Below the pieces are notes generated by a model, which was not told the origin of the DNA, ran no database searches, and saw nothing but the letters and a program-made list of their open reading frames with translations. Of a stretch of 64,000 bases of DNA, positions 25,887 through 40,064 are shown piece by piece. Location: assembly GCA_040285855.1 (NCBI GenBank), contig JAUFOQ010000001.1:744001-808000 (forward strand), written 5' to 3'. The first letter of the stretch is position 1. Every line of letters starts with the position of its first letter. The stretch is from Eukaryota sp. GEM-RC1 (lineage: Eukaryota). A program made the translations under genes and the position numbers.

Positions 25887-26798
25887 TAGGGTTGTTAAAA
25901 TGAGCCGAGTCAAGTCGAGTCAAGCCTACAATTTGAAGCTTGACTTGACTCATGAGTCAACCAAGCCTGACTCGAGCTGACTCATCTTGATTACCTTTGA
26001 CTTGACTTGACTCATGAGTCAACCGAGCCTGACTCGAGCTGACTCATTTTGATTACCTTTGACTTGACTTGACTCATGAGTCAACCGAGCTTGACTCGAG
26101 CTGACTCATTTTGAATGCTCTTTTCTATTGTACTTTATAACATAACACAAATCTCTACTGTTTTCTACTGATCTGAATTTAATACACCTATTCCGTACCA
26201 CGAGTGTAAACACAATAAACACCTTGCAGTATTGCAGATAGTCTAGCCCTTTCCTTTGTTACAATTTGGTTTGCAGCAGAGAACAAACGTTCAATTGCTG
26301 CTGAACTTGGCCGAATGCTTAAGTAGTCGCGAGCTGAGCAAGCTGAGCTAGGATAATCTGATTGGTAGCGTTTCCACCAATCTAGGGGATCCACCGCAGC
26401 ATCGACTATGCCTGTTGATAAGTAAGCTGTCAGCTCATCCCACACATCAACATGCAATGAATTTATACAGAGAACTGCTACTAATTCCATGTACAGGTGA
26501 TTGTACTAGAATACGTTTAAATTGTACTAAATTACATTCATTAGAGTAAACTTGAGTAGAGCTGACTCACAGACAGAAACATAGGCTTGACTCGACTCAT
26601 GAGTCAAATGAGCCTGACTCGAGCTGACTCACGGACAAAGATATAGGCTTGACTCGACTCATGAGTCAAATGAGCCTGACTCGAGCTGACTCACGGACAA
26701 AGATACAGGCTTGACTCGACTAATGAGTCAAATGAGCCTGACTCGAGCTGACTGACTCAAAGCTCAGTGAGTCAGCTTGACTCAAAATTACAATCCTA
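25887..26798 (-). mobile_element. 912-bp non-autonomous hAT element with 62-bp subterminal arrays and 8-bp TSD
   Basis: Ends TAGGGTTG / CAATCCTA. TSD AATGAGGA at 25879-25886 and 26799-26806. Three 62-bp GACTCA-rich repeats at each end. Internal DPLDWWK..ARDYLSIRPSSAAIERLFS dimerisation domain (26188-26490). Confidence 0.92.
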
Positions 26799-26829
26799 AA
26801 TGAGGAAGACATTGCTTCCACTCTACGTT

Positions 26830-27692
26830 CTCGTACTTCTTCTTTACCTTATTCTTCATGCCCTCCTGATAAACAACCTACTCTTGAACAGTGTATTTCT
26901 TCTTCAGAAGATTACAAAAATGCAGTCAATGTTGCCTTTGTTGAATTTATGGCTGCAGTTGGAATAGCTCCAAATCTTGTTGACAACCCATCTGCTCGTT
27001 TTTGCAACGATACTCTGCCTACGAAAAATCCGTCAGAGCCTCAGGTACTCCAGTGACTCTCCGAGACTGTGTCGAAGAACATCTGTTAGAGACAGCCGTT
27101 CTCCTCGTTCCCCGTACCTCAAGGTCTGATGCAGACTTGAGAAGATACCTGGAAGATTTGGCAGGTTTCCCTTTCATCGAAAATAGATATTCTGCGTTGA
27201 GTAAAATCAAGATAGATTCATCCATCAAAGAAGCCCGTTCTCGATTCTTTGATTATACTGGACGGTTTTTAGCTGTCCGAAAACGAGCTGCAGAGTACTA
27301 TATTCCTGAGGAAAGCCTCCTTCGTCGTTTTACGAGTGGAGTTATACCTTCAGGATTGGCGGAATCTTTGAAACTTTGTGTGAGTGATAAGATTATCACC
27401 GTCTTACCAGAAGCAATGGAGATAGTCCTAGATGAGTTAATTCATCTAGAAAGGTCTGACTCTTGGAAGTCACGATCCAGATTATCTTCATCAATTGAAC
27501 CAGTTTCCACCAGGCAACAAATGCTTACTTCCATTTGAATACACATTTAGTCAGACCAAGAGAGTACTGGAGTCCATTGGACCCACGAAAGTAACACAGA
27601 TCATCACGGACAATGCAGCCAATTGTTCTAGTGCTCGTCGGCACTTTTCTGTTGTGTCGAATTCATTTGACTCAAATAGGTTCTTTCGATGA
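26830..27692 (+). mobile_element. hAT (DUF659-like) transposase relic interrupted by a gag-like segment (27002-27538)
   Basis: FMAAVGIAPNLVDNP before and IGPTKVTQIITDNAANC after a 178-aa helical ORF resembling retrotransposon gag. The gag call is tentative. Confidence 0.5.
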
Positions 27693-29046
27693 CTTGTTTA
27701 TGCTGCCAATAGAACAGTAAAGTTGCCATCAAAAATCAAATACTAGACAACATAATCTCAACATACGAAACCAGAAAGCATGAAAATGCTTACTTCTATT
27801 GATTCAGAGTTGAGTTTTACCACTTATGAATGAACTTCCAATAGTTGGATATTGTTTATCACAGTGACTAGACATTGGATATACCACGATCTCAAGTTCA
27901 ATAGTGCAATCGTTGACATTTCTCACAACATACCTTTCCACAAAGAACCCGTCGTTATCTTGCATCATCGGAACAATTTGAAAGCACATCAAATGACAGT
28001 GATGGTTATCATATCGCACTTTTCTCTTACATATCCTCAATAAACTACATTCGTTTCTATACCGATTCTTTGAGTTCCTTTTGTACAGCTACACTTTGGA
28101 ACGCTATTTCGACAGTAACTACAAATGTGGAAGATGGAGAAAAGAAGGAATCCCAAGTGTCCTCTGTTTCGTGCCTGTAATAGGATTTAATCTGAATATC
28201 GAAAATAAGATCAAATAAAAATATCACTTTCATTTTGTACAATTTTATTCCAATAAATTGTATTTTCCAACGTTTCAACTTAGTCTCTGTCATGTGATGT
28301 GGTTATTATAGATAATGGTTTTGTTAATGATGCTCCATCAACAGTTACATTTAACACGTTCCTAACATTCAAATTTGATGTTATTATTAATGCCTCATCA
28401 GGATAATATATATCAATATTTACAATCGATAATATTTCCAATTTCAAGTTTGTCATTTCTAATCCGGCATCATTTTTCCATATTTCATTATCCCCAATAT
28501 GAATACGATCAAATATCAATTGGCTTGTTGGTTGAAATGTAAATTTTGTTTATTTAATTGTGGATTTCGAAGAAGCTTAAATAACGAAATTTGCTTTCAT
28601 TATCCTGTTTTGATATCAAAATCAACATAAAAATGCTGATAAATAGAAACACGAAATCAAAAAGACACGGGCAGAAACAAAAAATGATGTGTTCAGGAAT
28701 TCCAAGTCATTGTCATTAATCAACTTTAATTCCATTACTCTAATCTTGTGAAAAATGTTCTTTGATCAAGAATGTTCAGAGATAATGCACACTCCCGATC
28801 AAATGTATGTAGATGACATCCCATTCTCTGAAGATGTTGTCTACTGTTTGGACTGGATTCTCAACATCCCAAAATCTAAGTTTCGCTTGGAAGTGGGAGA
28901 TGACATTAGCCCGAGACCTCTTGAGAGATTCAATAAGGTCGGTTATATGACAGGTCATGTGGATTGAAGGGGATAACATAGTTGGGAAATACACTTTTTT
29001 GTATGTATAAGAGTTTATTTGCAACAATAAATTAATACACACTAAT

Positions 29047-30480
29047 TTAGAAAATGAAAGAAGTTAAATTCCCCACATCAACACGAGAATTGTCCCTATA
29101 CAACTTCGAATAAATGGAACATAAATACTTGGGAATGCATCTATAAAGAGCGAACACAATTCGATTAATCCATACAGCGCTATTAAACACCTTGCCATTA
29201 GAACGACATAAAAGACTAAAATCACTGAAAAACAATAAACCGGCTGGACCAATATTACCAAAAATTGAAATTGCAAATGGAACAAATGAAAACTTAGAAT
29301 ATAGATTTTCACTAAGCTTCTGCAAAGCATCCGCATAATTTGAACAATTTCGCTGTGCAGCCTTTACCTGATGACCATTCGAATCATTCAATATGAAGTC
29401 TTGGTAGACTTATGCAAACGGGTCAACTGTAGTAAAATCAACCACAACTTGAGATGAATCTAGGAAAGGAGCAATTAAGTCACCACGCCGAGAATCAAAC
29501 ACGTTATTGTCACTATAATGTTTCAGAAGAGGTTCAATTTTACAATTATAACTGTAGGATTTGAACATTTCATAAGTAACGTCACGAACAGCGTTATATA
29601 GAACAGATCGAAATTGAAAAAATTTCTTGCAACTAACAACATGACAAAATGTGGCTGTAGATCGGTTATCGCAAACACAGATTGAATTATTTAGCAAGCT
29701 ACTAGGGATTAAACCTAATCGAAGACGCATATTTTGCTTCCAAGCATCAATGTTCAAATGTAAACCAAAAGGTCTAGGTTGTTGAGTGATGAAGCTAGAA
29801 CATTGTTGAATGTCACATAAAAAAGCTGCAAAGACGGGATTATCAATCTTAGTCGCACTAAGTCTTTTACTAAAATCCAAGTCTTCCAACCCAAGTAATG
29901 TTGCATTTTGTAACTTAACTACAGCAAGAGGTAAAAATTCAATTGACCGATCAGGAACAGATGAAACACTTTTCAGAAAACTTTTGTTCCAAACTTCAAT
30001 AGGCAAACCTTGAACTAACTTCTCCAAAGAGCTCAGTAAAGCGTAAGAGCCGTCCACGACTGAATCGAAAATATTTTCGAACCGAAGCTTACTCTCAAAA
30101 AGAAAGTTCTTCATACCACCAACGAAAGCACTTTTACATAAATACTCAGCTCTTGAAAACCAAGACCACCAAATTTTGAACTGAAAAATGCATGATAAGG
30201 AATTTTGTAACTATTGATTTCAACCAAATTCCCTAAAAATTGAGTTCTCAAAGAGTTGAACTCACGAGCAAAACCAAGAGAAAGCTCAGGTGGTAAAGAT
30301 CTAAGAAGATGATTGATTTTCGATCCAAAACAGACCGAAAGTACTGAAAAAGCCAAGTGGTTATCGATCTTGAGATCTTATATAGTCTGCAATTGAACTT
30401 TGATTTTCTGAAGATAATTCTTGAGCACACTCTCAATCTGCAAAGGATTCCCAAAATAGGAACCCAAAAACAGATTACAA
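29047..30480 (-). mobile_element. 3' part of a CRE/R2-type non-LTR retrotransposon (RT thumb, zinc knuckle, restriction-like endonuclease)
   Basis: KFGGLGF; CxC..HVVSC; YNAVRD; RRGDLI..VVVDFTTVDP; FVPFAISIFGNIG. Frameshifted. Confidence 0.8.
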
Positions 30481-30919
30481 CTAATCAGTCCATTAATCAG
30501 TGACCTTAAGTTATGAATCTACTTGACAAACACAACATTCATAGTATTCTTATGTGAAACACATTTTTTTATGTCCAGTACCTTTGAGTTGGTCGTCAAA
30601 TAGATGAACTAATTAATAAAGACTGTTTTATAATTGAGACGTGATCAAAATACGTAATCAACGACTCCAAATTTGAGATGATGAAAGTTCCAGATACACT
30701 TTGCAAAATGTAAACACTCAATGTGAGTGTTAAATCAGAATGTTGAATACTATCATGAATCAAGATTTAGAGCTAATAGAAATTGACATTGATTGGTGAT
30801 ATTAAGCGGCAATTCTAATATTTCAACAAATGAAAATTACAAAATATTATTATGCTAGAAATTTGTATTTTTGTGTATTTTATTTTCGGAAGTGGTGTAT
30901 TTCCCAACTATGCTTGATA

Positions 30920-31255
30920 ATAGCCAACGAAATTTTTAACGAATTAACTTCAGCTGGATTCGCTGAAGAAACTGACCCGAACTGCCCCCACGGAAGCCCA
31001 ATCGTTTTAGTTACTTATAACGACGACAAAAAGCCAAGACTGACTGGTAATTACTCTGGCAACGATGCCATGTCCATCCAAGTAGAATCTAATTTTCCAA
31101 AGATTTCTGACATTTTAGAATTCTTAAGGTCTGCCGAATTCATCGTCACGCTAGACTTGCCACGAGCCTTCTGACAGTTAAAGATCGAAGATAAAGACTT
31201 CGATAAGACGACGCTGAAGATTCCTGGTAGAGCCATCAGGTTCACTAGAGCAGCA
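30920..31255 (+). mobile_element. Ty3/gypsy reverse-transcriptase fragment
   Basis: HGSPIVLV..KPRLTGNY..PKISDIL..TLDLPRAF*QLKI..DKTT. Confidence 0.75.
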
Positions 31256-31256
31256 A

Positions 31257-31765
31257 AACGATGATGACGAAGTTGAAATTGACGAAGAAATTGAGCAGAA
31301 GATTAGAGAATATGCTAATCTCCTGTATTCCGATCCAAAATCAATTGTTAATCAGGATTTTTTCAAGGATAATCAGCAAGCGATTCTTACCGAATGCCAA
31401 CATTTGCGTCCCCACTACTGCCGGTCAACGATGTATCTTTGTATTCAGCAGTAATGCTGACGAGAATGAGCCCTTAACACTCCATCTTTGCGAGCACCTT
31501 AATGGGCTTCAAGAACCCGTCATCCCTCATTCAAACTTCACCTCTCATTTATGTGAAGACTTCTGCCAATGCTAAGTTCCGAGACTATCAGGGTCAATTC
31601 AATATCTACATGGAGATAACCCGAAAGTCGACCCCTGAATGGAAGGCGACTTACATCAACAATCTTTGTTCTCCACTTGGTTACTTTCTCACATGATCTC
31701 CCTATTTCATTCCTGCAAACCATTGTATCATTGTATCAGCCTTTAGCCATGTAGAAGTTTTTTCC
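31257..31765 (+). pseudogene. Decayed inverted copy of the SF3-helicase-like island gene (42370-42890)
   Basis: High DNA identity; IYVKTSANAKFRDYQGQFNIYMEITRKSTPEWKATYINNLCSPLG. Confidence 0.85.
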
Positions 31766-32359
31766 TATCTGACTTTCAATTGCTTTCAGTACAGCTATGC
31801 GTCAGGTGTGTGTGTTACTGTGATATTGGAGAAATGTCAGAGAATTCATGGATGAACTCCTTTCCCCGTTCGAGGATCAACTCTCAATCAACAAACCAAC
31901 TCATGGTGAGCCCCTCCATGGATTGGATCTCGTAAGAGACCTCCTCTTAAATGTGGACATCCGCGGCTTACAACTGCATGTTGATCCAATGATCCTCACC
32001 TCCTGGAAGAATGATGGGACTATCCCCACATTTTTAAACAATTGGTACATCTGGGAACGTATCATCTTGAACACCCATGCCGAATCCCCTCGTCAAGGAG
32101 AAGCCTTGATCGTCAACTGTACCATGGACTGGTCAATGAACAGGAAGTTCAAGTCCAATCGGGAACGATGAAACGATTATCTACGTTTCACCAGAGTTGC
32201 TAACGCCTGCACTCTAATCCCCATCGACGAAAAGCATTCATACAGCTTTGACGTTCGGCTCATGATGAAACATTTCGCAAGGAACGTTGCAATCCCCATC
32301 GTTTTCCATGACGTCGAGTATTTTTTCAAGGACAAGGAAATATTCAAAGAATACACCTG

Positions 32360-32880
32360 AATATTATTAATCACATGAATTGTGGATTCAGAGGTCCCAC
32401 TTGATACAAAGAAGTTTCGTTGAAGTTCTGAGTGAAAGAACTTCCTTCTTCCACTGAATAGAACTACAAAAACACAGTAATAGCTAATGGAAAACAACAG
32501 TTCTTTCAGCTTGAATGCTTAAAATGAATTATTGAACATGAATTCTGCGTGCCAACTGAAATCCTTTTTTCTGTCGCATGACTATGTTTCTAGTTTAGTC
32601 GGTGTTGTAATGTTTTTTACGTGATGTATTGGTGTAACAATGTGTAGTATAGTTTTACTTTCAGTCTTTTAAATCCATAATACAACAGTTCATTCTTTCA
32701 ACAACTCATGTTGATTTCTACACGTCACAATCTTCTAAGAACAACTAGAACAGTACGAGAGTCCATCGAAAGACATATACAATATTGATCTCAAACTTTC
32801 TTCTTCTTATACAACAATTTCTAGCTCCCTTTAAACCACTCCGATGGTCTTTGGGGAAGACTAATCAGTTGTTCTATCAT
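32360..32880. repeat. ~520-bp non-coding segment, inverted duplicate of 38165-38665
   Basis: Long reverse-complement identity, e.g. gttgatttctacacgtcacaatctt vs aagattgtgacgtgtagaaatcaac. Confidence 0.85.
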
Positions 32881-33371
32881 GTCCTCTCTTCGCAGTAACG
32901 TAATTTCGATGGTGTGGAGCTCATCATTTTTGAATATTTTTACCAAATGAACAAAATTGATTTGTTCACATTACTCATACGTCTTAGGTTCGATTCTCTT
33001 CTATAGACTTGATTAGGATTAACACACCATTTGTACCCGACTTTCTGAGACTAATCATCTACCTTATGCTGGATTGAACCCAGGGGCTGCAGAATAGCTG
33101 CAGAATTCGGTTGAGGAACTGCAACAGCACAGTCAGCAGAATTGTCTTTCCAACGTTCATAACGTTCTTCGTTGAGCACAAATCGAGCGGAAACCAAATT
33201 GTCATGTCAATGAGTTGTGCCTAAAAACGCATTCAGTACTTCAAAATTTCGGACTAATTGCAATTCACCATCTGGTGTAAGGTATAATACCCACAGCCAT
33301 TCCTTTGTATAAGTTAAACGGAACAAATACTATAACTGCTTTGACCAAGAATCAAAGTTAGGAGCTCGTGT

Positions 33372-33495
33372 AGGTCACTCAGTTTTTAAGCAAGTGACCC
33401 CGAGGTCAAAACCAGTCAGTTTTTAAGCAAGTGACCCCGAGGTCAAGGCCAGTCAGATTTTAAGCAAGTGACCCCGAGGTCAAGGCCAGTGAAAT
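33372..33495. repeat. 37-bp tandem array of the GTGACC/GGTCA site (about 3 units)
   Basis: agtttttaagcaagtgaccccgaggtcaa repeated at 33381, 33418 and 33455. Confidence 0.9.
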
Positions 33496-33607
33496 CCTAC
33501 ATCCCTAAAAATGGTATAGTAAAAAGAATCACGTTTAATACATGAAGATCATTTTTTATAGATAACATTTTTTCTATACCAGACTACACGACTTCTATAA
33601 ATGTGAG

Positions 33608-34085
33608 TAGGGACGAGAAATCACCTGAAAAGTGAGTAAGGAATACTACTCGAGTATCTGAGTAGATTTATTGAGTAGTATTCGAGTATTACTCATCAAC
33701 AAAAATTTGTTTTAGACTTTCAAGCAAATAAACACACCACTTTAATGTTCTATTTGTAGTAGAAAAAACTATTCATCATATAATGAATCTCAGCTTTACC
33801 TCTAAACTCAAAATCGCTTGAACACACTAAAATTGATTAGACATTCGAATATAATGAAGTAAAATGAACAACAACTAATAATAACACTTGGACGTTAAGT
33901 AAACCGCTTTTGTTTATCGTATAAGACTACTATCGATTCAAACGATAGTTTCGTCTAATCAAAGACGGTAATTTAAGTAGGACTCGAGTATATACTCACT
34001 CTTCAGGAAAGTGTGTATGAATACTACTCGAGTAGTACTCGGTATACTCTACTCAAATACTCTACTTGAGTAGATTATTTCCCTA
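33608..34085. mobile_element. MITE-like insertion with TACTCGAGTA subterminal palindromes
   Basis: TAGGG...CCCTA ends; absent from the homologous position near 45700. No clear TSD. Confidence 0.55.
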
Positions 34086-37000
34086 TCTCTATAAGCAACT
34101 ACGTAGATTTCATATTGATACTGCTTCTACCAGCAGTTCTAGTTGTAGCGCTATAATCTCTTCTGATCAATCTTTTACTGTTCTTTATGATTATAATTAC
34201 ATATATTGCACTCAACGCTCATGCTCTGCAGTTTCAAGTTTGTCGTTTTTTCAAAAGTGACACTGTGTCTTTGAGATATAAATCTGTCCATAAATGTATG
34301 ACATCATCATAGGAACGTGTGAGGTCTGAAATTGATTGCCCTGATACAACAGTATCTATGTTATAATTGAAAACATCTTTCTCCTGGATGAAAGCCATGT
34401 GCAGGATGGGACTGTGAAACATTTGAAGATAAGGTCTTTTCTGTTGTAGTCCACGTACTATTTTGTTCTCCAGCAGTCTTAGTTGTCTTATCATAAAAAA
34501 ATCTAGGTGGTTTTTTCCTGGCTGTAATATAATCACGTCGTGATTTGGCACCCATTTGACAAACGGATAGAGAGATAGGGTTTGTAAGTTCTTCAGTCAG
34601 ACAAGTCTCAAAGGGACAAATCTCAAAAGGTATTGGTCGGAGTAGACGTAAAATGACTCTAAGGTCAAGGTCACAAAGAATAATTGAGTTATATGTTCCC
34701 GACTAGAAATATGTCACAAACTTAAAAATAACCAAGCAATGCACACTATAAGCTTCATATTACTGATGAACCAAGTATAATTAAAACTCAAATGGTTACA
34801 TAGTTCATTTTAAGAAATGGTAAAACTTAAAATTTGTAGGTCATATCAATTCTTCAATTAACTTCTTTCCGAATCACAACTTTATGGTTTAAAACTATCT
34901 TAAATAAGAAGAAGTAGATAAATAACTGCACTGGTACGTATAATGACCACATTTCACAGTGTTGTTTAACCAAATCTTTGATACAAGGGACACTCAAAAC
35001 CAGTCTGTAGTAAGTTGTGGAAAGCTGATAGTTGAGGAACTTAAGATTTGGAGTTATATCTGATGTTCTCATATAGTCTATATGTATTTTACATTTAGTC
35101 CGTATAGTAAAGAGAGAAATTTATCAGAATCTTAAGTTCTTGATATATCACCTTTGCATATGTATATAGAACTCATGTATCAGTATGTAAATGGTGAAAA
35201 ACACATGTTAGAGTGAAGAAAAGATGATTTTGATCAGTGACCCTAAGGTCCAGGTCATAACTCATACAGCTGAAACTTTTCATGTATATCACAATCAGCG
35301 TCTTCAACAATGTTAACGTCATTAAAATGAGCAGAAGTTGGGAGATGTGTATGCAAATGGTTAAGCAAGAAATATATATAACAAAATATATGAACCCAGT
35401 TTCTATTGTGATTTGTACTGTATTTTGTAGTTCTTTTCAGTGCAAGAAGGAATTTCTTCCACTCAGAACTTCACAGAGATTTTTACTCATAGGCAAAAAT
35501 CATAGTCAAAATTCTCACAAAAAAGTTGTTATTTTTTGGGTACAGTGAGAATTTTCACGAGCCTGGTGTAAAACTCCTCAATTAATATCTCAGCTAAATA
35601 CTGAAGAACAGTTAAATGACATATTTCGATAATGTATTGGTAAAAATAATTTCTCGCAGACTGCGTATTAGACTTAGAACAAAATATAAAACAAGATTGT
35701 TACTTTTAGTGTCTCTTCAAATTTTTCTCAGAATGCCAGACGATGGTCTTTGGGCGCGAAGATTATGTTGGTGATGCACCAAATACAGAGTTTTGGAGGC
35801 ATTGGTCTTAGAAAGAAGAGAAAGTGTGTGTTTTCACGTAGTATTTTTCAGGGTTATGTTGGACACCTGAAGAGCGGCAATGTTGAGATCCAGCTTCATC
35901 AGGGAGGAATGAGTTGCGGCTGGTCCACTTTTATTAGCGCTCTGGACTGGGAGAAGAGTTCGTGACATAGATGGGACGATATCAAAATCCGGTGAGAGTG
36001 CTGTATTGATGCCTTTTGTTTTCATCATTCTCCATAACTGTTTTTTGTGTCTCCAGAACACGCTGAAAATCTTCGAACGCTTGGATATTAATAGATAGTT
36101 GTAGTAATTCCATTATATACGTTTGGCGCATTGAGAGAAAATAGTGATGTCAAGAAGGTACACAACTGGACGACAACTCACGGTCATCCAGAGCGACTCA
36201 GTACTGATTAACAGACAAATAGTCCTTCATCGTTTTGAACATCACAATGTTCTTATAATTTAAATTTGAATTTACACCTTCTTCACATATATTCTATTTG
36301 GTATTTTTCATTTTTTGAGCATTTGTTATTGTTATTGAATCATCAGACGTGTTACTGATGATCAACATTCACTGGAGTTCTTGATAAGAATGATATAGAA
36401 AAATAGAGATTAATGTTTGGATTACATTCATTAAAATTGACTTATCAATACGGAACTCAAAAGGTAGACAAGCATAAAATAAAAATACTTAATTATATAT
36501 CATTTTGTGAGTTTAGTCATTTTAAATTATCAAGTATTCAGACTGTGGGCATTTCAGTAATCAGTAGAATAATTGAAGATGATGAAACTGATGACACATT
36601 GACAATAATCAAATGTGCCTTCTACCGTTTTTTTGAAAAAATACAGTCTGATAAGAAGAATAACTAACATTCAATATCCACACAAACGAACTTGTAATGT
36701 GATAAATGTATTACAAGAATGAGATCTCATCAAAAGAGGTTGTACTAAAACCTAGAATTATGTAGATGTAGTTTATATTGCAATCAGTAACTTACCAAAA
36801 CAACGTTATATAAGAAGAAGTGGTGATCTCTCGATGCATAACACTTACAGCCAATGTCAAGATCAAGAACCATTTGGAAGGTATATCCCACAAGAAGTTT
36901 TTGCGTGGGGAAGTTTGTGTAATAAAATCAATTTACTCCCAAATCCACTGAATTTGCACCACAGTGTAGTACAAGTACGAAGCAGCATTGCAAGTTTTTT

Positions 37001-38709
37001 CAGAAACAGAAAAAAGTGTATATTGAACTTGGTGTATGAAGAACTGGTTCTGATGATATATCTTCTTCTTTAGTTGACCGTTAGTTTGTTGTACAAAGAC
37101 ATTCATTTTAACTGATTTGTCCACCAATGATTTAACATCAATATCTAAACTAATAGAAAAATGTCCTGATATCAAAGCTTGTTGTATTATACTATTTTAC
37201 ATTAACCTTTGATAACTCTTAACCGAAATCTTCATCTTCTTTCTCATTGCTGTATTCACAATGTTCTTTACTGTGAACAATGTTATAGTGAATGGACTGT
37301 CATGTGTATAGACTTAGTAAGTGATTATATTCTAAATTTATAAAGTTCTTTTCGTCTATCAGTTTTGTATTGATTATATATATACATCTTATATATAGTT
37401 GTATTGAATGCATTACTGATTAAGAACATTTTACAAAGGTTTTAAACTGATTTTTATATAGTTAAGACTACTTCTTTTCAAATAGTTTTCAAAACAATGG
37501 AAATCGGAGGAGTAAGATTTTCGATGAGTAAGTTGTGCTATAGAACGGAAACCCTAATATTTGTTGTGATTTCTTAAGGCAGGATTCCGAAGATATAAAG
37601 AGAAGCTATGACAATTCAACAAACGCTGCTGACTTAGCAAACAACACAGATGCATTCAAAAACTTAATTAAATTCAACTGACTGTAATAAACAGAATTGG
37701 CCCTCAAAGATTGTTACAAATATGCAAGAATAGATTGAACAATTAAGAAAGACTGTATAACGGATGTAAAAAAAACAACGGACACTTTCTGGGGTCCTTT
37801 TAAAGAATTTTTGATTCATCCTTAGGAATTATTCTCATCCGCTCTCAAAGAAATCCTTCGGGTGATGATTATCATTAAACCCGTCTGCAAAATCATGAAG
37901 AGTATTAATCAGTTCTTGGGCTTCAATATCGGGTAACTCTATTCGAATGCGGTTTTCAATGAGGACTTGTTTATACTGGGTGGGCTAAACACTTATTAAT
38001 CATCAACACATGATGAAATCATTTTTACAGCACTGAGAATCGAACTCAGAACAAATGCGGCACGTGAGTAAATCCATTTTTTCAATTTGATTGATTCAAG
38101 AAACATGAGATTCACACCACGATTATGGTACTTCGAAGAAAGAACATGTCATAACAACTGGATGGCCTTCCTCAAAGACCATCGGAGTGGTTTAAAGTAA
38201 GCTAGAACTTGTGGTACAAGAGGAAGAAAGTTTGAGATCAATATTGTATATGTCTTTCGATGGACTCTCGTAATGTTCTAGTTGTTCTAAGAAGATTGTG
38301 ACGTGTAGAAATCAACATGAGTTGTTGAATGAAAGAACTGTATTATTATGGATCTAAAAGACTGAAAGTAAATCTATACAACACATTGTTACACCAATAC
38401 ATCACGTAGAAAACATTACAACACCAACTAAACTAGAAACATAGTCATGCGAAGGTAAAAAGGATTTCAGTTGGCACGCAGAATTCATGTTCAATAATTC
38501 AATTTTAGCATTCAAGCTGAAAGAACGCAAAACTTCTGTGTTGTTTTTTGTTAGCTATTGTTAGTTTTTGTAGTTCTATTCAGTGGAAGAAGGAATTTCT
38601 TCCACTCAGAACTTCAACAAAACTTCTTTGTATCAAGTGGACCTCTGAATCCACAATTCATTTTGTTTTAGCTGAAAGATATTCTATGACGTATTTATAC
38701 CGTCATATT

Positions 38710-39435
38710 CTAAATCGAGTAGAAAAATCGCAATTTCGTTTTTTCGCATCCACACTCTTGCGATTTGATGTGAGGAGAGAAGTCAAGCAGTGGAGGCAGA
38801 GATTGCAGTGGTTCGACATCTGACTGTTCGAATTCAATACAGAGTTCAGTGTCAGAACATTCTCCAGGATTACAATAAGTGTTGATCCTGGAAAGAAAAG
38901 ATTGTGAAGGTGAATGATGAATCACCCAGGTACAAGTAATACCATCAGAATTGGCCTTCTGTCTTTGGCCTTTGGCCTTTGCAGCAGGTAGCGATTTGCG
39001 TGGCGGTGCAACAATGGGAGGAGATCTAGGACGAGGAAATAGATCTGTGACTTCGGGGCAAGCAGTTACCAATCCGGAGAATGCTCCAACAGGTGGGAGA
39101 ACATCTCTAAGAACATCGTGACCTGATGCAGGTACGTTAGTGTACCGATGTACAGAGCGGCCATCCATAGTCACTGCTGTGAATGAGAATGAGGTGAACT
39201 TGTCAATACCCTGCTGTGACAGTTCATCGATCAGCGAAGTGATCACCACGTTTTTGTCCTTTCGGACCTGCTTATAATCTTTCTTCGACCCATCGTGATA
39301 GGGAATCCCATCACTGGGTCTGAAAGTCTTTGTGGGGAGGTTTGAAGTTAACCTTTTCCACAAATGGACGAGAAGGAGTGAGTTCTTCGTCAGACATGAG
39401 AGAAAGAAAAGCTTGAATGAACACGTGTACCTCAT
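38710..39435 (-). CDS. Island orphan protein (5' end uncertain)
   Basis: 241-aa ORF; conserved homologue at 20.8-21.2 kb and a C-terminal (YSI*) homologue at ~61690. Confidence 0.6.
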   Translation of the reverse strand: MRYTCSFKLFFLSCLTKNSLLLVHLWKRLTSNLPTKTFRPSDGIPYHDGSKKDYKQVRKDKNVVITSLIDELSQQGIDKFTSFSFTAVTMDGRSVHRYTNVPASGHDVLRDVLPPVGAFSGLVTACPEVTDLFPRPRSPPIVAPPRKSLPAAKAKGQRQKANSDGITCTWVIHHSPSQSFLSRINTYCNPGECSDTELCIEFEQSDVEPLQSLPPLLDFSPHIKSQECGCEKTKLRFFYSI

Positions 39436-40064
39436 CTTTTCACTTTTCAGTGTATTGGACGCAGGCCATTGGTTCCCGTATGGCCACTAAACCTGTAGGA
39501 ATGATTGAACATGTACAGCATAAAACATTAAGGAATATTTGAACAAGTTGTCATGTCAAATTTAGAGACCTTTACCTTTGGGTTACAACAAAAACTCTCC
39601 AAAATCGTGTTTGTACACACTTAAACATACCAGGATGTCGTTTAGTACAACAAGGATTGATATACAAGCAGAGATTGTGACTCTGAAAACGCAATATAAC
39701 TCTAAATATGTCAAAGAGGGAGGAATTTGAACGCCTACTCAACATGTTGTGTGCCATGTCTATACTCTATAATGTATATTGCAAAATAAAATATTCTGCT
39801 TACAGATTTTTTTTCATATGTAATGTTGGTTTTCAAAAATTGAAACCCCAAACACAAAACAACCTTAACCATATACATGTAGTCACTTATTCCACCTATA
39901 GAACTGAACTTGGTCCAACATGAGTTTTGTTAAATATGTCTATTTCTCAACGCAAACTGTGACCATTATCAATGATACCCATAACAACTGAGATAAAATA
40001 TATACAAATGTATAGTACAAAACAAGAAATAAATACCAAACTAATGCAAAATAAGCAAGAAAAA

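Larger units (their letters stand above)
33060..35380 (-). mobile_element. Decayed, inverted partial copy of the YR island core
   Basis: 33060-33371 matches ~47735-48040; 33372-33495 is a 37-bp site array; 34090-35380 matches ~43230-45700 but with only one 595-bp unit. Confidence 0.85.
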
